From an uncultured Pseudomonadales bacterium (GTDB lineage: Bacteria; Patescibacteriota; Microgenomatia; UBA1400; UBA1396): DNA of 64,000 nucleotides. The stretch covers positions 21,176 to 85,175 of the forward strand of contig CAYUUK010000002.1 in NCBI GenBank assembly GCA_964447905.1, written 5' to 3'. Position numbers and translations under genes: made by a program. Below are positions 17,989-27,119 of this stretch, in pieces; position 1 is the first letter of the stretch; each line of letters starts with the position of its first letter. Under the pieces are notes generated by a model. That model was given only the letters and a program-made list of their open reading frames with translations, was not told where the DNA came from and did not search any database.

Positions 17989-18261
17989 ATGCGTAACCTG
18001 ATTGAATTTCTCGTTCTCCATTTAGTGGAACATCCTGAAGATGTCACAGTAACTGAAGAAGAAGACAACGGTCTTCTTATGTACACCATCGACGTCCATC
18101 CAGATGATCGCGGTCAAGTTATCGGTCGTCGTGGCCGCACAGTAGATGCCATTCGTACTTTGGCACGTGTTCGCGCCATGAAAGAAGACAAAGGCGTTCG
18201 TGTTGACATCATCAGTGATGATGAAGCTGAAGACGAAGACTTTGATTCTGACGCTGAGTAA
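17989..18261 (+). CDS. KH-domain RNA-binding protein (UPF0109/YlqC/KhpA-like) downstream of rpsP
   Basis: 90 aa with the KH GxxG motif (VIGRRGRTVDAIRTL) and an acidic C-terminal tail. Synteny with rpsP is conserved. Confidence 0.75.
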   Translation: MRNLIEFLVLHLVEHPEDVTVTEEEDNGLLMYTIDVHPDDRGQVIGRRGRTVDAIRTLARVRAMKEDKGVRVDIISDDEAEDEDFDSDAE

Positions 18262-18300
18262 ACAACTTCGTACTTGTTAAAAACTCGTTTTAAATTTCGA

Positions 18301-19116
18301 TTATTCATCCAACTGAAACAGATCAGTGTTGCTAGACGGTGCTGCATTCTGCACTGCAGGAGCACTCGTCTCCAGCCAGTAGTTCATTTCAAGCAGCTCA
18401 TCACGTGCTCGGCGCTCACTGGGGCTGATTTGTTGCGCGCCGCCACGGGCGGCGCGAGCAGCGTCGATATTGGCATAATAGCTCTCAATTTGCAGTGTAG
18501 CCGTGTAGTCAACTTGGGCCGTTGTCCCAATCGCCCACCGGCGTGCTGGAGCAATACGCATATCGGTAATTTCCATAAGTGGCATACTGGTCTCAATATT
18601 ATTGATTGCGGTAGTTATTTGCTGAAATGAACCAGTCAACTCAATTTCTAGTCTCAGAGACTGCGTGCCAGCAGTAGCCGAGCGACTTCGACTCGATGCC
18701 GATTGCGCAGCCGACTCAGTGGACACGATACCAGGATTCAAATCATACTCGCCCAAAGCAACCTGAGTCTCCTGAGATATAGCTTCGAGTGTGCGCATTA
18801 CCTGCAATGGCTCTTTAAAACGAGGCAACGCCTGCTCAACAAGCATATATCCAGAACGATCATCAGGGGTAATGGTGTTGAGGAGCGTAGCACGCTGTTC
18901 CACCTGCTGTAACTCACCTTCTTGTTGCTCAATACTAATCTGTAGCTGGTTGGAGACCTGCCAAAGTTGATACGCTCCCACAAAAACAAGCAGCCCAGAA
19001 GCCACAAACAAGCCAACCGCCACAACGAGTTCGCGCCGTTGCAACCACCACTCATTGGCTTTTTTTTCAAAATCAACATTGGAGAGAGAAGCATCTGCTG
19101 CCATCTTATACCTCAT
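18301..19116 (-). CDS. pilO: type IV pilus assembly protein, PilO-like: N-terminal TM, coiled coil, periplasmic domain
   Basis: Single TM (VVAVGLFVASGLLVFVGAY) followed by a coiled-coil region. Third gene of a pilM-pilN-pilO arrangement, overlapping pilN by 11 nt. Confidence 0.5.
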   Translation of the reverse strand: MRYKMAADASLSNVDFEKKANEWWLQRRELVVAVGLFVASGLLVFVGAYQLWQVSNQLQISIEQQEGELQQVEQRATLLNTITPDDRSGYMLVEQALPRFKEPLQVMRTLEAISQETQVALGEYDLNPGIVSTESAAQSASSRSRSATAGTQSLRLEIELTGSFQQITTAINNIETSMPLMEITDMRIAPARRWAIGTTAQVDYTATLQIESYYANIDAARAARGGAQQISPSERRARDELLEMNYWLETSAPAVQNAAPSSNTDLFQLDE

Positions 19117-19678
19117 CTCCTTGCTCTAACTCACTCAACACGATGTCTACATTCATAACATACCGGCCAGCTTCGTCTCGCTGAACACTGCTAATCGCAA
19201 TGGCATCAATTTTCTCCCGCATGTCTGGCTCACGCAGAGTGTCCAAAAAGATTTCAACAGAAAAAACATCTTGGGCTTCTACGCGAAAGGTAAGTCGGCG
19301 CATTTGCGTATCGTAGTTCACAGCGTCAAACGCAATGGTTGGGACGAGCAGTTGAGCGAGAAAATCGAGGGCTTCTTTTTTGGGACTCCGCTCGTCCATA
19401 ATCTCTGCGATCGAGGCAAGTCGGGTAGTGTAGAGAATGTACTCCGCTTCTTCAGCTGCTGCCGCACGGACCACTCTCTCTTGCTGTTGAATCTGTTCTT
19501 CCACGAGCGCCAGCTGTTGTCCCGACCAATACCAGTAAGCTCCGGCAGCGGCAGTTAGAGTGAGTGCCACACCAAAAACTCCCACCGCAGCAGTGAGAAT
19601 TTTGCGATCAAGCGAGTGCAACTGCTCCAGTCGCCGCCGCTTTCGACTCATGAAGTTGATATCGTTGGTTATTCGCAT
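19106..19678 (-). CDS. pilN: type IV pilus assembly protein, PilN-like
   Basis: Basic N-terminus, a single TM (ILTAAVGVFGVALTLTAAAGAYWYW), then a coiled coil. Lies immediately downstream of pilM. Confidence 0.5.
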   Translation of the reverse strand: MRITNDINFMSRKRRRLEQLHSLDRKILTAAVGVFGVALTLTAAAGAYWYWSGQQLALVEEQIQQQERVVRAAAAEEAEYILYTTRLASIAEIMDERSPKKEALDFLAQLLVPTIAFDAVNYDTQMRRLTFRVEAQDVFSVEIFLDTLREPDMREKIDAIAISSVQRDEAGRYVMNVDIVLSELEQGDEV

Positions 19679-19682
19679 GGTG

Positions 19683-20702
19683 TTACTTATTCTTCATTGC
19701 TAGTCCAGCCGCAATAATAAAGCGACTATCTTGCTGCACTGGTTCCTTCCAAGTGAGCTGCTCCATACGGTTGAGCTCAACCGGAACCATTTCTACTGAT
19801 ACAGCCTGAGATAAGTACGGTAAGAGATCCGGCAAATAGAGTGATCCGCCAGTTACAAAAATACGCTGAATCGTGCCACCAGCATTTTGACCAGAAAAGA
19901 AGCGGAGCGCCTTTTGAATCTCGGTTACCAGCGAGTCAACAACTGGCACAAGCGCATTACGCACTCTTCCTTCTAACTGGTTCGCTAAAAGACCATAGGT
20001 GCGTTTGTACTCTTCCGCGCGCTGGGGATCAAGCCCAACGCCACGCTCAATGGCTCGAGAAAAGAGGATTCCAGCAATAGGTGTCGCATGCACAAACTGG
20101 AGCTGTCCTTTGCCAATCAAAGCAATTACCGAGGAAGAAGCTCCAATGTGGAAAAGTGCCACATTTTCTTCACCCTGGGATAAAAACTGCAGTACCCGCA
20201 ACTGGGCTAGGGTATCGGTCTCCATATCGATAACATCAAGATTTGCTTCGAGCAAAAGATCGGCAAAATCATTCACAAACTGTTTCTTGACCCCTATCAT
20301 AAGCACATCCATATTTTGCACAGGATCATTCTTCTCACTGCGACGCAGCACCGCATACTCATACTCCATTTCCTCGAGCGGAATGGGGATATGCTGCTCA
20401 ACCTGCCATTGGATAGCCGAAGCGAGTTCCGCTTCTGACAAGGCCGGCATCGTGACCAGCTTGGTCGAGACCATTTGTTCGGCGAGTGCCACGCGAATGT
20501 TACTCTGCGGTAATTTGTAATCAGCAAACATTTTTACGAGCGTATCAATGAGCTGCTGTCGCTTCTGCGGATTATCGGGGTAGATGGCACCAATCGGGTT
20601 TGGTATTTGTACCACCTGCTCAATGTGCGCACCATTTTTTTGCGGTTTTCCAACTACCGCTTTTATTGCATATGAGCCGATATCAAGACCAACAATTTTC
20701 AT
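19683..20702 (-). CDS. pilM: type IV pilus assembly protein PilM (actin-like ATPase fold)
   Basis: MKIVGLDIGSYAIKAVVG... N-terminal actin/FtsA-like phosphate-1 motif. 339 aa, positioned upstream of pilN/pilO. Confidence 0.75.
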   Translation of the reverse strand: MKIVGLDIGSYAIKAVVGKPQKNGAHIEQVVQIPNPIGAIYPDNPQKRQQLIDTLVKMFADYKLPQSNIRVALAEQMVSTKLVTMPALSEAELASAIQWQVEQHIPIPLEEMEYEYAVLRRSEKNDPVQNMDVLMIGVKKQFVNDFADLLLEANLDVIDMETDTLAQLRVLQFLSQGEENVALFHIGASSSVIALIGKGQLQFVHATPIAGILFSRAIERGVGLDPQRAEEYKRTYGLLANQLEGRVRNALVPVVDSLVTEIQKALRFFSGQNAGGTIQRIFVTGGSLYLPDLLPYLSQAVSVEMVPVELNRMEQLTWKEPVQQDSRFIIAAGLAMKNK

Positions 20703-20714
20703 ATTACTGTGTTC

Positions 20715-21485
20715 CTATTTAATAATTGTCGTACCAGAAATGAGGGCATAATCGAGCAGAGTAGGTGCGTACTCAGCTGTTCGCTCTACCTCAATTGCTT
20801 TTGTTTCTCGCCCGAGCTCATTTCGTGCCACGGAGTTGATGGTGAATTCTTGTGTGGGCAACGTCCACCCATTGCCGTTTACCAATATGTCCGTATCTCC
20901 ATAAATAGGAGTGACACGAATAAATGCATCGCCTGTTTCGAGAGTAATAGCTACTTGGCGGGAGTATTCACTGCCAGGGGTAGCAACGAGTTCCATACCG
21001 TCAGATCGATCACAAATTGCGTACCCATAGTGGCGAGCGACTGGCTCAGCCCCAGATGAATTGATAACACTCACTAAAAGAGAGGCTGGAGATCCAGAGC
21101 CACAGTCAGTGGTATCTGACCACTGCACAATCACTTCCTGTCCCACTGATCCGCTGGACACATTGATCTCAGCAGTGGCACCTTCGAGTAGCTCGGTGGT
21201 AAGTTCATTCTCGGTGCCGACCGAGTAATTCACCGTCACATTTTCAACACCAGTGTACTCACCGGTGGTAGTTTGTTCTAGCGCAGCTTCATCTCGAGAA
21301 AGTATTTCTTCCAGAGCAGCTTCAGCCGCACTAAAGGTCTGGGTGGCTTCCTGAGACTGACGCGCATTTCTCACGTCACTTGAGGAGCGAGTTGCCAAAG
21401 AAATACCAATTGTCGACATGACTACCATGACCAAAATAACCGCTATTCCGACTTGACCTGATTGAGAAAAACGTGTCGATGACAT
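20715..21485 (-). CDS. pilus-associated hypothetical protein with an N-terminal hydrophobic helix (PilX-like?) but no canonical G|FxxxE prepilin motif
   Basis: N-terminus FSQSGQVGIAVILVMVVMSTIGISLA, then a Thr/Ser/Glu-rich extracellular portion. Sits between the minor pilins and pilM. Confidence 0.4.
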   Translation of the reverse strand: MSSTRFSQSGQVGIAVILVMVVMSTIGISLATRSSSDVRNARQSQEATQTFSAAEAALEEILSRDEAALEQTTTGEYTGVENVTVNYSVGTENELTTELLEGATAEINVSSGSVGQEVIVQWSDTTDCGSGSPASLLVSVINSSGAEPVARHYGYAICDRSDGMELVATPGSEYSRQVAITLETGDAFIRVTPIYGDTDILVNGNGWTLPTQEFTINSVARNELGRETKAIEVERTAEYAPTLLDYALISGTTIIK

Positions 21486-21553
21486 ACTGATTCAGTGTAT
21501 CATCTTACCGATCTCGATGCATGCACCGTGCTCACGCCGCACGGAAAATACAC

Positions 21554-22114
21554 CTACTGATATGAACGAACATACACTTGGGTTGAGAAAGTCTCTTGGT
21601 AGTATGACTCAGGAGACAAAGTATCGGGATTTCCCGTAGAAATGGTGGCCGATACAGTTACCAGCGCGCCACTTTGTTCTGCTGACTGCTGACACGAAAA
21701 AACAAAAGAATCAACCGATACCGATTCGCTGGACAAGTAACTGGTAGGTGGATCAGTAATGACATCTCCAGAGTTAGAGGCTACACGAAAGTCATCAGTT
21801 AAAAATAACTCAATACTGCCGCTATCTTGGGCGCGCACACGAATGGAGTCCATCGTTGGCTGACACACTTCGCCATTTTGGTTTTCTTCAAGATACCGAG
21901 CGTTACGAATTAAAAAAGACACCCGATCCATGACAAAAGAAGCCTCGCTACGCACTTTATTAATAGTGGTCGAGCGAGTGCCTCGCACTTGTGAGTTTAC
22001 TAAAACCGATACGGATACCACACTAATAATGGCAGTAATGGTAACCACAGTAATCAACTCAATAATGGTAAAGCCATTCATCTTTCTTTTTTCCTGTGCC
22101 ACCACTACTCCCAA
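21554..22114 (-). CDS. type IV minor pilin / pseudopilin
   Basis: Prepilin N-terminus KMNGFTIIELITVVTITAI (GFTxIEL N-methylation motif). Confidence 0.7.
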   Translation of the reverse strand: MGVVVAQEKRKMNGFTIIELITVVTITAIISVVSVSVLVNSQVRGTRSTTINKVRSEASFVMDRVSFLIRNARYLEENQNGEVCQPTMDSIRVRAQDSGSIELFLTDDFRVASNSGDVITDPPTSYLSSESVSVDSFVFSCQQSAEQSGALVTVSATISTGNPDTLSPESYYQETFSTQVYVRSYQ

Positions 22115-22599
22115 TCCGCTAAAACTGTTTCTAAACTGGTAGTTATTTCACCTGAGCTTCCAGGACGAGTAACCGTGGAAACGACTACCACTTCCGTATC
22201 AGAAACCCTTTCCAGAGTGAGCTCTCGCAAAAATTGCGTATCAGCAATAACTTCCTCATCAGTACACTCACCAGGACTACTCACAATCAAGTCCGCAAAT
22301 GTTGAGGGAAGCGTGGGAACACAGTACTCTACGGTACTTCCTCGTGCCTCCAAAGCAGAGGAGAACACTCCCCACCCAACCACGTCCCGTTGGTTTCGCA
22401 CCCATTCGAGACTTTCTTGTGCATATGAAGTGGCCTGTGTTTGCTCGAGCGCCACCCGCGAGTTCCCCACCGACTGAATAACAGAGGAGAGAATAGCTAC
22501 TAACACTAAAGAAACCATAGCTGTCGCAAAGGTCACCTCAATGAGAGACTGACCGGCTCGTGAAAAAACTTGCGGGAACGTTCCACGCTGATAGTTCAT
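22105..22599 (-). CDS. type IV minor pilin / pseudopilin (PilV-like)
   Basis: Prepilin-like N-terminus RAGQSLIEVTFATAMVSLVLVAIL. Confidence 0.6.
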   Translation of the reverse strand: MNYQRGTFPQVFSRAGQSLIEVTFATAMVSLVLVAILSSVIQSVGNSRVALEQTQATSYAQESLEWVRNQRDVVGWGVFSSALEARGSTVEYCVPTLPSTFADLIVSSPGECTDEEVIADTQFLRELTLERVSDTEVVVVSTVTRPGSSGEITTSLETVLADWE

Positions 22600-22689
22600 A
22601 CTGCTCTAAGCGTAGCAGGGTGGAGGAAAGAATAAAAGAGTGAGGCCATTCTTGATAGAACCGTTTCCAGCCGTCTCAACCCACACACT

Positions 22690-23226
22690 TCAGTCGGAGA
22701 TGAGTTGTCCTTCGGAAATCACTCCCTGGTCACTCACCGCAAACTCATAGCGAACTGATGTGTCTTCAAACTCACCAATAGAGATGGTAACTGGCGCGCC
22801 AGGTATCGGCCCCGGTAATGGCGGGAAAAAAAGCTCAAAGTCATCCAGCAAGTACTCTCCAGACTGGAGAGTATAGGTTTGCTGTTGTAAATCGGCTCCA
22901 GAATCATCGCACCGCACTGCCACATAGTAGTTCTGTGTTCCCTGTACACCCCAAACTCGATAGTAGTTCAAACGGGTACAGTCATCGTCTGGCTTATCAC
23001 CACCACGACTGCGCTCACGAGCTGACTGCAGCACAGCTTGCACATCGCGCGCGGACTCAATTTTTGTTTGCCGAGAAGCAAAAGAGGTATAAGCGGCAAA
23101 AGCACCACCCATCAGTAAGAGGCTCAAAGTAGTAGTCACTAAAAGCTCAATAAAGGTGAAACCGTGCTGGCTATCTTGGTTGCGTAACCACATAGATTCC
23201 TTCTCCGCTATAGCCGTACTGCTCAC
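22690..23226 (-). CDS. type IV minor pilin / pseudopilin
   Basis: Prepilin N-terminus HGFTFIELLVTTTLSLLL. Confidence 0.7.
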   Translation of the reverse strand: MSSTAIAEKESMWLRNQDSQHGFTFIELLVTTTLSLLLMGGAFAAYTSFASRQTKIESARDVQAVLQSARERSRGGDKPDDDCTRLNYYRVWGVQGTQNYYVAVRCDDSGADLQQQTYTLQSGEYLLDDFELFFPPLPGPIPGAPVTISIGEFEDTSVRYEFAVSDQGVISEGQLISD

Positions 23227-23710
23227 CGTTTACCAAATCATCATCAACATTCTCTAAACGAGTAAGGAGATGGTAGGAGGTATCACTTATCTGCACGTAG
23301 TTGTAGGTGTACTCAGGTTCGTCAGAGTTTCCAATAAAGGTGAGGGCATTTTGTCGCGGATCAACTGGGAGCTCAGAAATATAGTCTTCGTCTAAACCTG
23401 GAATCCAAGGCGTGCGGCATCCCGGCCAAGTAGCACTCGAATTACAGAGAGAATGCTCGGGATATGCGCCAGTATTGAGTTTGTACACTTCGAGCGCTGC
23501 TTGCAAGGCTGCCAGGTCTTTTTTGCGGCGCGCATCACGGGTGTGTTCACTACTAGAAACAAACGAAACCATTACTACGCTGGCAAGTACACCGATAATC
23601 ACGGTTACGACCAAAATTTCTATCAACGTAAATCCAGCACGGCTTTGTTGGCGGTTGAGAGTGGCAAATGTGGGAAAGAATTTCTTGATCATAGCTAGTC
23701 CGTTAAACAA
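23171..23710 (-). CDS. type IV pilin (GspG/PilA-like)
   Basis: RAGFTLIEILVVTVIIGVLASVV, plus the RDARRKKDL...AL motif typical of GspG-type pilins. Confidence 0.7.
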   Translation of the reverse strand: MFNGLAMIKKFFPTFATLNRQQSRAGFTLIEILVVTVIIGVLASVVMVSFVSSSEHTRDARRKKDLAALQAALEVYKLNTGAYPEHSLCNSSATWPGCRTPWIPGLDEDYISELPVDPRQNALTFIGNSDEPEYTYNYVQISDTSYHLLTRLENVDDDLVNGEQYGYSGEGIYVVTQPR

Positions 23711-24177
23711 TAGTAGTCATCATCCGTGTAGCCGCAGTTACTGCAAATTTGTCCGCCATTTTCAGTCTCCATGCGAACACTCAGTTCAAAAGAACACCCC
23801 GGCTGTTCCACCAGGCGATATCGATAGTACTGCGTGGCATCGTTCACTGGGTCAAGATAGGTGCGGGAGGTATACTCAGCCGGGAGATTTTCCAGGAAGG
23901 TTCCATCACTGCTCACCTCATACCCGCCGAGTTCGTTTTCTGAATCAGGATACTGCCCATTTTCCAGCCGATAGTTCTCAAGAATACCTCGCAGCTCTTG
24001 CAGATCTGTTTTGCGACGCGCATCACGGGCATTCCGATTAGCCTGCCGGAAACTGACGATCACCACCGCAGTTAAAATACCAATAATTGCCGTGACAACG
24101 AGCAACTCAATAAAAGAAAAGCCTCGTCTCGATTTATTGTAGGTTCTGCGCACAGAAATAATCTCCACCACTGGCAA
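23695..24177 (-). CDS. type IV pilin (GspG/PilA-like)
   Basis: RRGFSFIELLVVTAIIGILTAVV, plus RDARRKTDLQEL. Confidence 0.7.
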   Translation of the reverse strand: MPVVEIISVRRTYNKSRRGFSFIELLVVTAIIGILTAVVIVSFRQANRNARDARRKTDLQELRGILENYRLENGQYPDSENELGGYEVSSDGTFLENLPAEYTSRTYLDPVNDATQYYRYRLVEQPGCSFELSVRMETENGGQICSNCGYTDDDYYCLTD

Positions 24178-24565
24178 AGTCAGTACAGTCGTTTGTATTC
24201 GAGTTTCCAGTACCTTCGCGTTCTAAAATCGCACAGACACAATAGGTGTTTGCCGAACAAGTAAGTTCATACCCAAAATTTTCATCACCGGTTTTCGGGT
24301 CAGATGGCACACCATTGGGGAGAACTTCTACCAACTCTTCGTCAGTACAGTCTGTGGGATACGCGGTATAGCGAGCATAGTACTGCTCAAGGGCATTGCG
24401 CATACCGGTCACGTCACTTCGGCGACGAGAGTCCCGACCGCTTTGCTGTGCGGTGGTAAAACTCACCGTTCCAAGGGCAATGAGAATTCCAATAATGGAG
24501 ATTGAAACGAGCAGTTCAAACAGCGTAAAACCACGAGAAGAGTATCCAGACAGTGTCATATACAA
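24134..24565 (-). CDS. type IV pilin (GspG/PilA-like)
   Basis: SRGFTLFELLVSISIIGILIALG, plus RDSRRRSDV. Confidence 0.7.
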   Translation of the reverse strand: MYMTLSGYSSRGFTLFELLVSISIIGILIALGTVSFTTAQQSGRDSRRRSDVTGMRNALEQYYARYTAYPTDCTDEELVEVLPNGVPSDPKTGDENFGYELTCSANTYCVCAILEREGTGNSNTNDCTDFASGGDYFCAQNLQ

Positions 24566-24610
24566 TCAGTATACATCTATTCGAGTTGAATACGAAGAAC
24601 CGCGAATACC

Positions 24611-25522
24611 TTAGTTCATTTGTACTGACATACTACTCAAGCGCGTAATTGGTGAAGCCACACCTCGCACATCTACTGCTTGCACCGTAACTGGAAACAC
24701 ACAGGTGCCCTGCGGACAACTATACTCTTTGGTCAGCAAAGAAGACGCCTTCTGCACTGTTTGCGAAGTTCCGTCGCCAAAATCTATGGTCACCGACTCT
24801 ATCGGTGCCGCACTTTCATCAAAGTCGAACGAGAATAAAACAAGCGAAGAGGTGCCTTGCAAGTAAATAGTTCGCTGCTCGTAATCCAGTGGTGGGTCAC
24901 TCACAAAAGAGAGAAGAGTGGGTCGCTGCAAACAACTCTGGTAACAATTCTGACTGCAGTCAACCACTCCGGCACTGAGCAGCTCGCCCTCACCTTGTTC
25001 GGTTTCAGCATCACAACACACATATCCAAAAGCCTGGCAAGCACTTGCTGGACGAGACGCGGTGTAGTTTGTGGTGCCCCAAATATGCTTGACACTTTCG
25101 CCATCAGCATAGATCACTCGTGATCGACCAAAAAAATCTACCTGCAACTCACCCTGCAAAGTTTGTGTGGCAAAGTTGTAGTAAAACCCAGCAGACCCCA
25201 ACGACTTTTCAACTCCCCGCATGAGACTCACTCTTTCGCGCTCAACGGGCTGCACGGTAGTACAGTCCACTTCCAAAACATACTGACTCTGATCTACAAA
25301 TCGCAGCTGAAAACCAGCATATGGTGTTGAACCAGTAATACGGGAAGTACTGCAACCAGCCAAATACTCTTCCCACTGCTTTGGAAACTGGAGTGAACGC
25401 GCATCGGACGCCACTTGCTCTGCGGCCATATACAGAATAACTTCTCGCCCTACATAATAGCCTACCAGCGCCAACACAAAGAGGATGATAGTAAAGCGAA
25501 TAAACGTCGATAAAAAACTCAT
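24611..25522 (-). CDS. Cys-rich membrane-anchored protein of unknown function embedded in the pilus operon
   Basis: 303 aa with an N-terminal TM (FTIILFVLALVGYYV). The extracytoplasmic domain carries about 14 Cys, including CCD and CSQNCYQSC. It overlaps the pilD stop by 4 nt and the downstream pilin is 46 nt away, so it is co-transcribed. Confidence 0.5.
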   Translation of the reverse strand: MSFLSTFIRFTIILFVLALVGYYVGREVILYMAAEQVASDARSLQFPKQWEEYLAGCSTSRITGSTPYAGFQLRFVDQSQYVLEVDCTTVQPVERERVSLMRGVEKSLGSAGFYYNFATQTLQGELQVDFFGRSRVIYADGESVKHIWGTTNYTASRPASACQAFGYVCCDAETEQGEGELLSAGVVDCSQNCYQSCLQRPTLLSFVSDPPLDYEQRTIYLQGTSSLVLFSFDFDESAAPIESVTIDFGDGTSQTVQKASSLLTKEYSCPQGTCVFPVTVQAVDVRGVASPITRLSSMSVQMN

Positions 25523-26322
25523 AGAAATTGCAAATACCAGCGTAGCAGAGAATCACCCCAGATCAAAGTAGTAGCCGTGCCCGCTATCAAAAAAGGCGCA
25601 AAAGGAATTGGAACTCCACGGTGCTGTTTACGAGCGATAAGCAACGCACTTCCCACCACCGCACCATACACAAAGCCAAGAAAAAGCCCTATCAATACAT
25701 TTGGCCACTCCATCAAGAGTCCCAAAGCAAACACGAGTTTCACATCACCAAAGCCCATGCCACGGCCTTTGGTGAGTATCCATAGGAACAAGAAAAAGCT
25801 CAGAGCCACGGTGGCACCAAACAAGGCCCACGCCAAATTCTGGGGATTATAAATACCAAAACCAATCAGGACAAATCGATAGAGCAAAGTCATAAAACTC
25901 AGCGCGAGAACAGTCCAATCAGGAATGTAGTATGCCTGGAGATCTGTAAGCACAATAATCAGCAAAATGAGACCCACTAACAACCAGAAAACTGGCTGAA
26001 TAACGGCTAGCGGCTGCAGCGAAAGTTGAAAGAACGCAAACCCAATAGCAAACCACCACACAAATAACGAAGCGGTAAGGAGCTCTACAACTGGATGCAT
26101 GATGTCGATAGATGAGCGACAAGTGCGGCACTTTCCTCGCAAAACCAAGTAAGAAGCTAAAGGAATGAGCTCAAACCACTCCAGCTCCCGTCGACAGGTA
26201 TCACAGCGTGAACGCCCACAGACAAATTGTTCTCCGGCTAGGCTACGAATAACGAGCACATTTACGAAACTGCCCACAACCGTACCAATCAGAAAAATAA
26301 ATGGTATGAGCAGCCAAGTCAT
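25519..26322 (-). CDS. pilD: prepilin peptidase (A24 family)
   Basis: N-terminal zinc-binding tetracysteine (CGRSRCDTC...LRGKCRTC), a polytopic membrane protein, and conserved GFGDVKL-type catalytic Asp motifs. Confidence 0.85.
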   Translation of the reverse strand: MTWLLIPFIFLIGTVVGSFVNVLVIRSLAGEQFVCGRSRCDTCRRELEWFELIPLASYLVLRGKCRTCRSSIDIMHPVVELLTASLFVWWFAIGFAFFQLSLQPLAVIQPVFWLLVGLILLIIVLTDLQAYYIPDWTVLALSFMTLLYRFVLIGFGIYNPQNLAWALFGATVALSFFLFLWILTKGRGMGFGDVKLVFALGLLMEWPNVLIGLFLGFVYGAVVGSALLIARKQHRGVPIPFAPFLIAGTATTLIWGDSLLRWYLQFL

Positions 26323-26410
26323 AGTCGAGACAGCATATCACATTCACTCCAAAAAAAGAGCCTCCTTTCACAAGGGGGCTCATTTATTTTTATTTTCATT
26401 TTCTTTTGTC

Positions 26411-27040
26411 TTATGGGAGACAGACGAGACAGGCATTTGTATCAGTAAAGCTGTCATCACAGTTCGCCGGACAGGAAATGGCTTCTACGTCATCGTCCAC
26501 ACCGCCGTTGGTACATCGAGAAGAGGCTTCTTGGTCAAAAGCGTTCGAAGATGGGGCAAAACAGACGTACATGGTAGCATTTGCCGTGCCAGGCTTGTAG
26601 ATAACGTACTCGACTTTATCGTCGGTGGTTAAGCGGTTTACAAAGCCAGACTTCACTTCTGCGGTAGTTTCGAGAATATTAATCCATTCCCAAGAGCTAA
26701 TGGTGTTGGTGCCGCCAGGGAAAGAAGCAGCACCGGTTTCATCGAAACCAATTGGATCTTCATAATCATCCACAACATCAGCGCCAGCCCAATCAGCGGT
26801 GGCAGTATTCCAAGGATACTCTTCATGGATAGAGAAGTAGCGGTCAACAGCATTGATGAGCTGAGCAGCGTCAGAACGGGTACGAGTGTCACGACCTTTG
26901 TTAATCTGCTCAATTGGATTAATGGACGACAGCACGGCTACCGCCAAAATTCCAATCACCGAGATAACAACCAAGAGTTCAATCATGGTAAAACCGGCGA
27001 CACTTCGCATCTGTGATAAGAGTTTTCGGGGCAGCGTCAT
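26411..27040 (-). CDS. pilA: major type IV pilin with a Cys-rich C-terminal domain
   Basis: VAGFTMIELLVVISVIGILAVAVL prepilin motif. First pilin after pilC. Has its own strong promoter and 6 Cys in the C-terminal 50 aa. Confidence 0.7.
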   Translation of the reverse strand: MTLPRKLLSQMRSVAGFTMIELLVVISVIGILAVAVLSSINPIEQINKGRDTRTRSDAAQLINAVDRYFSIHEEYPWNTATADWAGADVVDDYEDPIGFDETGAASFPGGTNTISSWEWINILETTAEVKSGFVNRLTTDDKVEYVIYKPGTANATMYVCFAPSSNAFDQEASSRCTNGGVDDDVEAISCPANCDDSFTDTNACLVCLP

Positions 27041-27049
27041 ATGTGTTTA

Positions 27050-27079
27050 AGCGTAGTGAATCCGCGCGACGTTGTCAAT
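27050..27079 (-). promoter_or_regulatory. sigma70-like promoter for the major pilin: perfect -35 TTGACA, 18-nt spacer, -10 TACGCT, ATG 9 nt downstream
   Basis: Read on the minus strand as cctaTTGACAacgtcgcgcggattcacTACGCTtaaacacatATG. Confidence 0.45.
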
Positions 27080-27119
27080 AGGTTTGCGAAGTTTGACGCA
27101 ATATTGACAGAATTTCGTA

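Noticed and set aside
18262-18300. Possible bidirectional terminator between the KH-protein gene and pilO (AACAA-cttcgtac-TTGTT hairpin)
   Set aside because: The stem is 5 bp and AT-rich with a marginal U-tract, so it is too weak to call from sequence alone.
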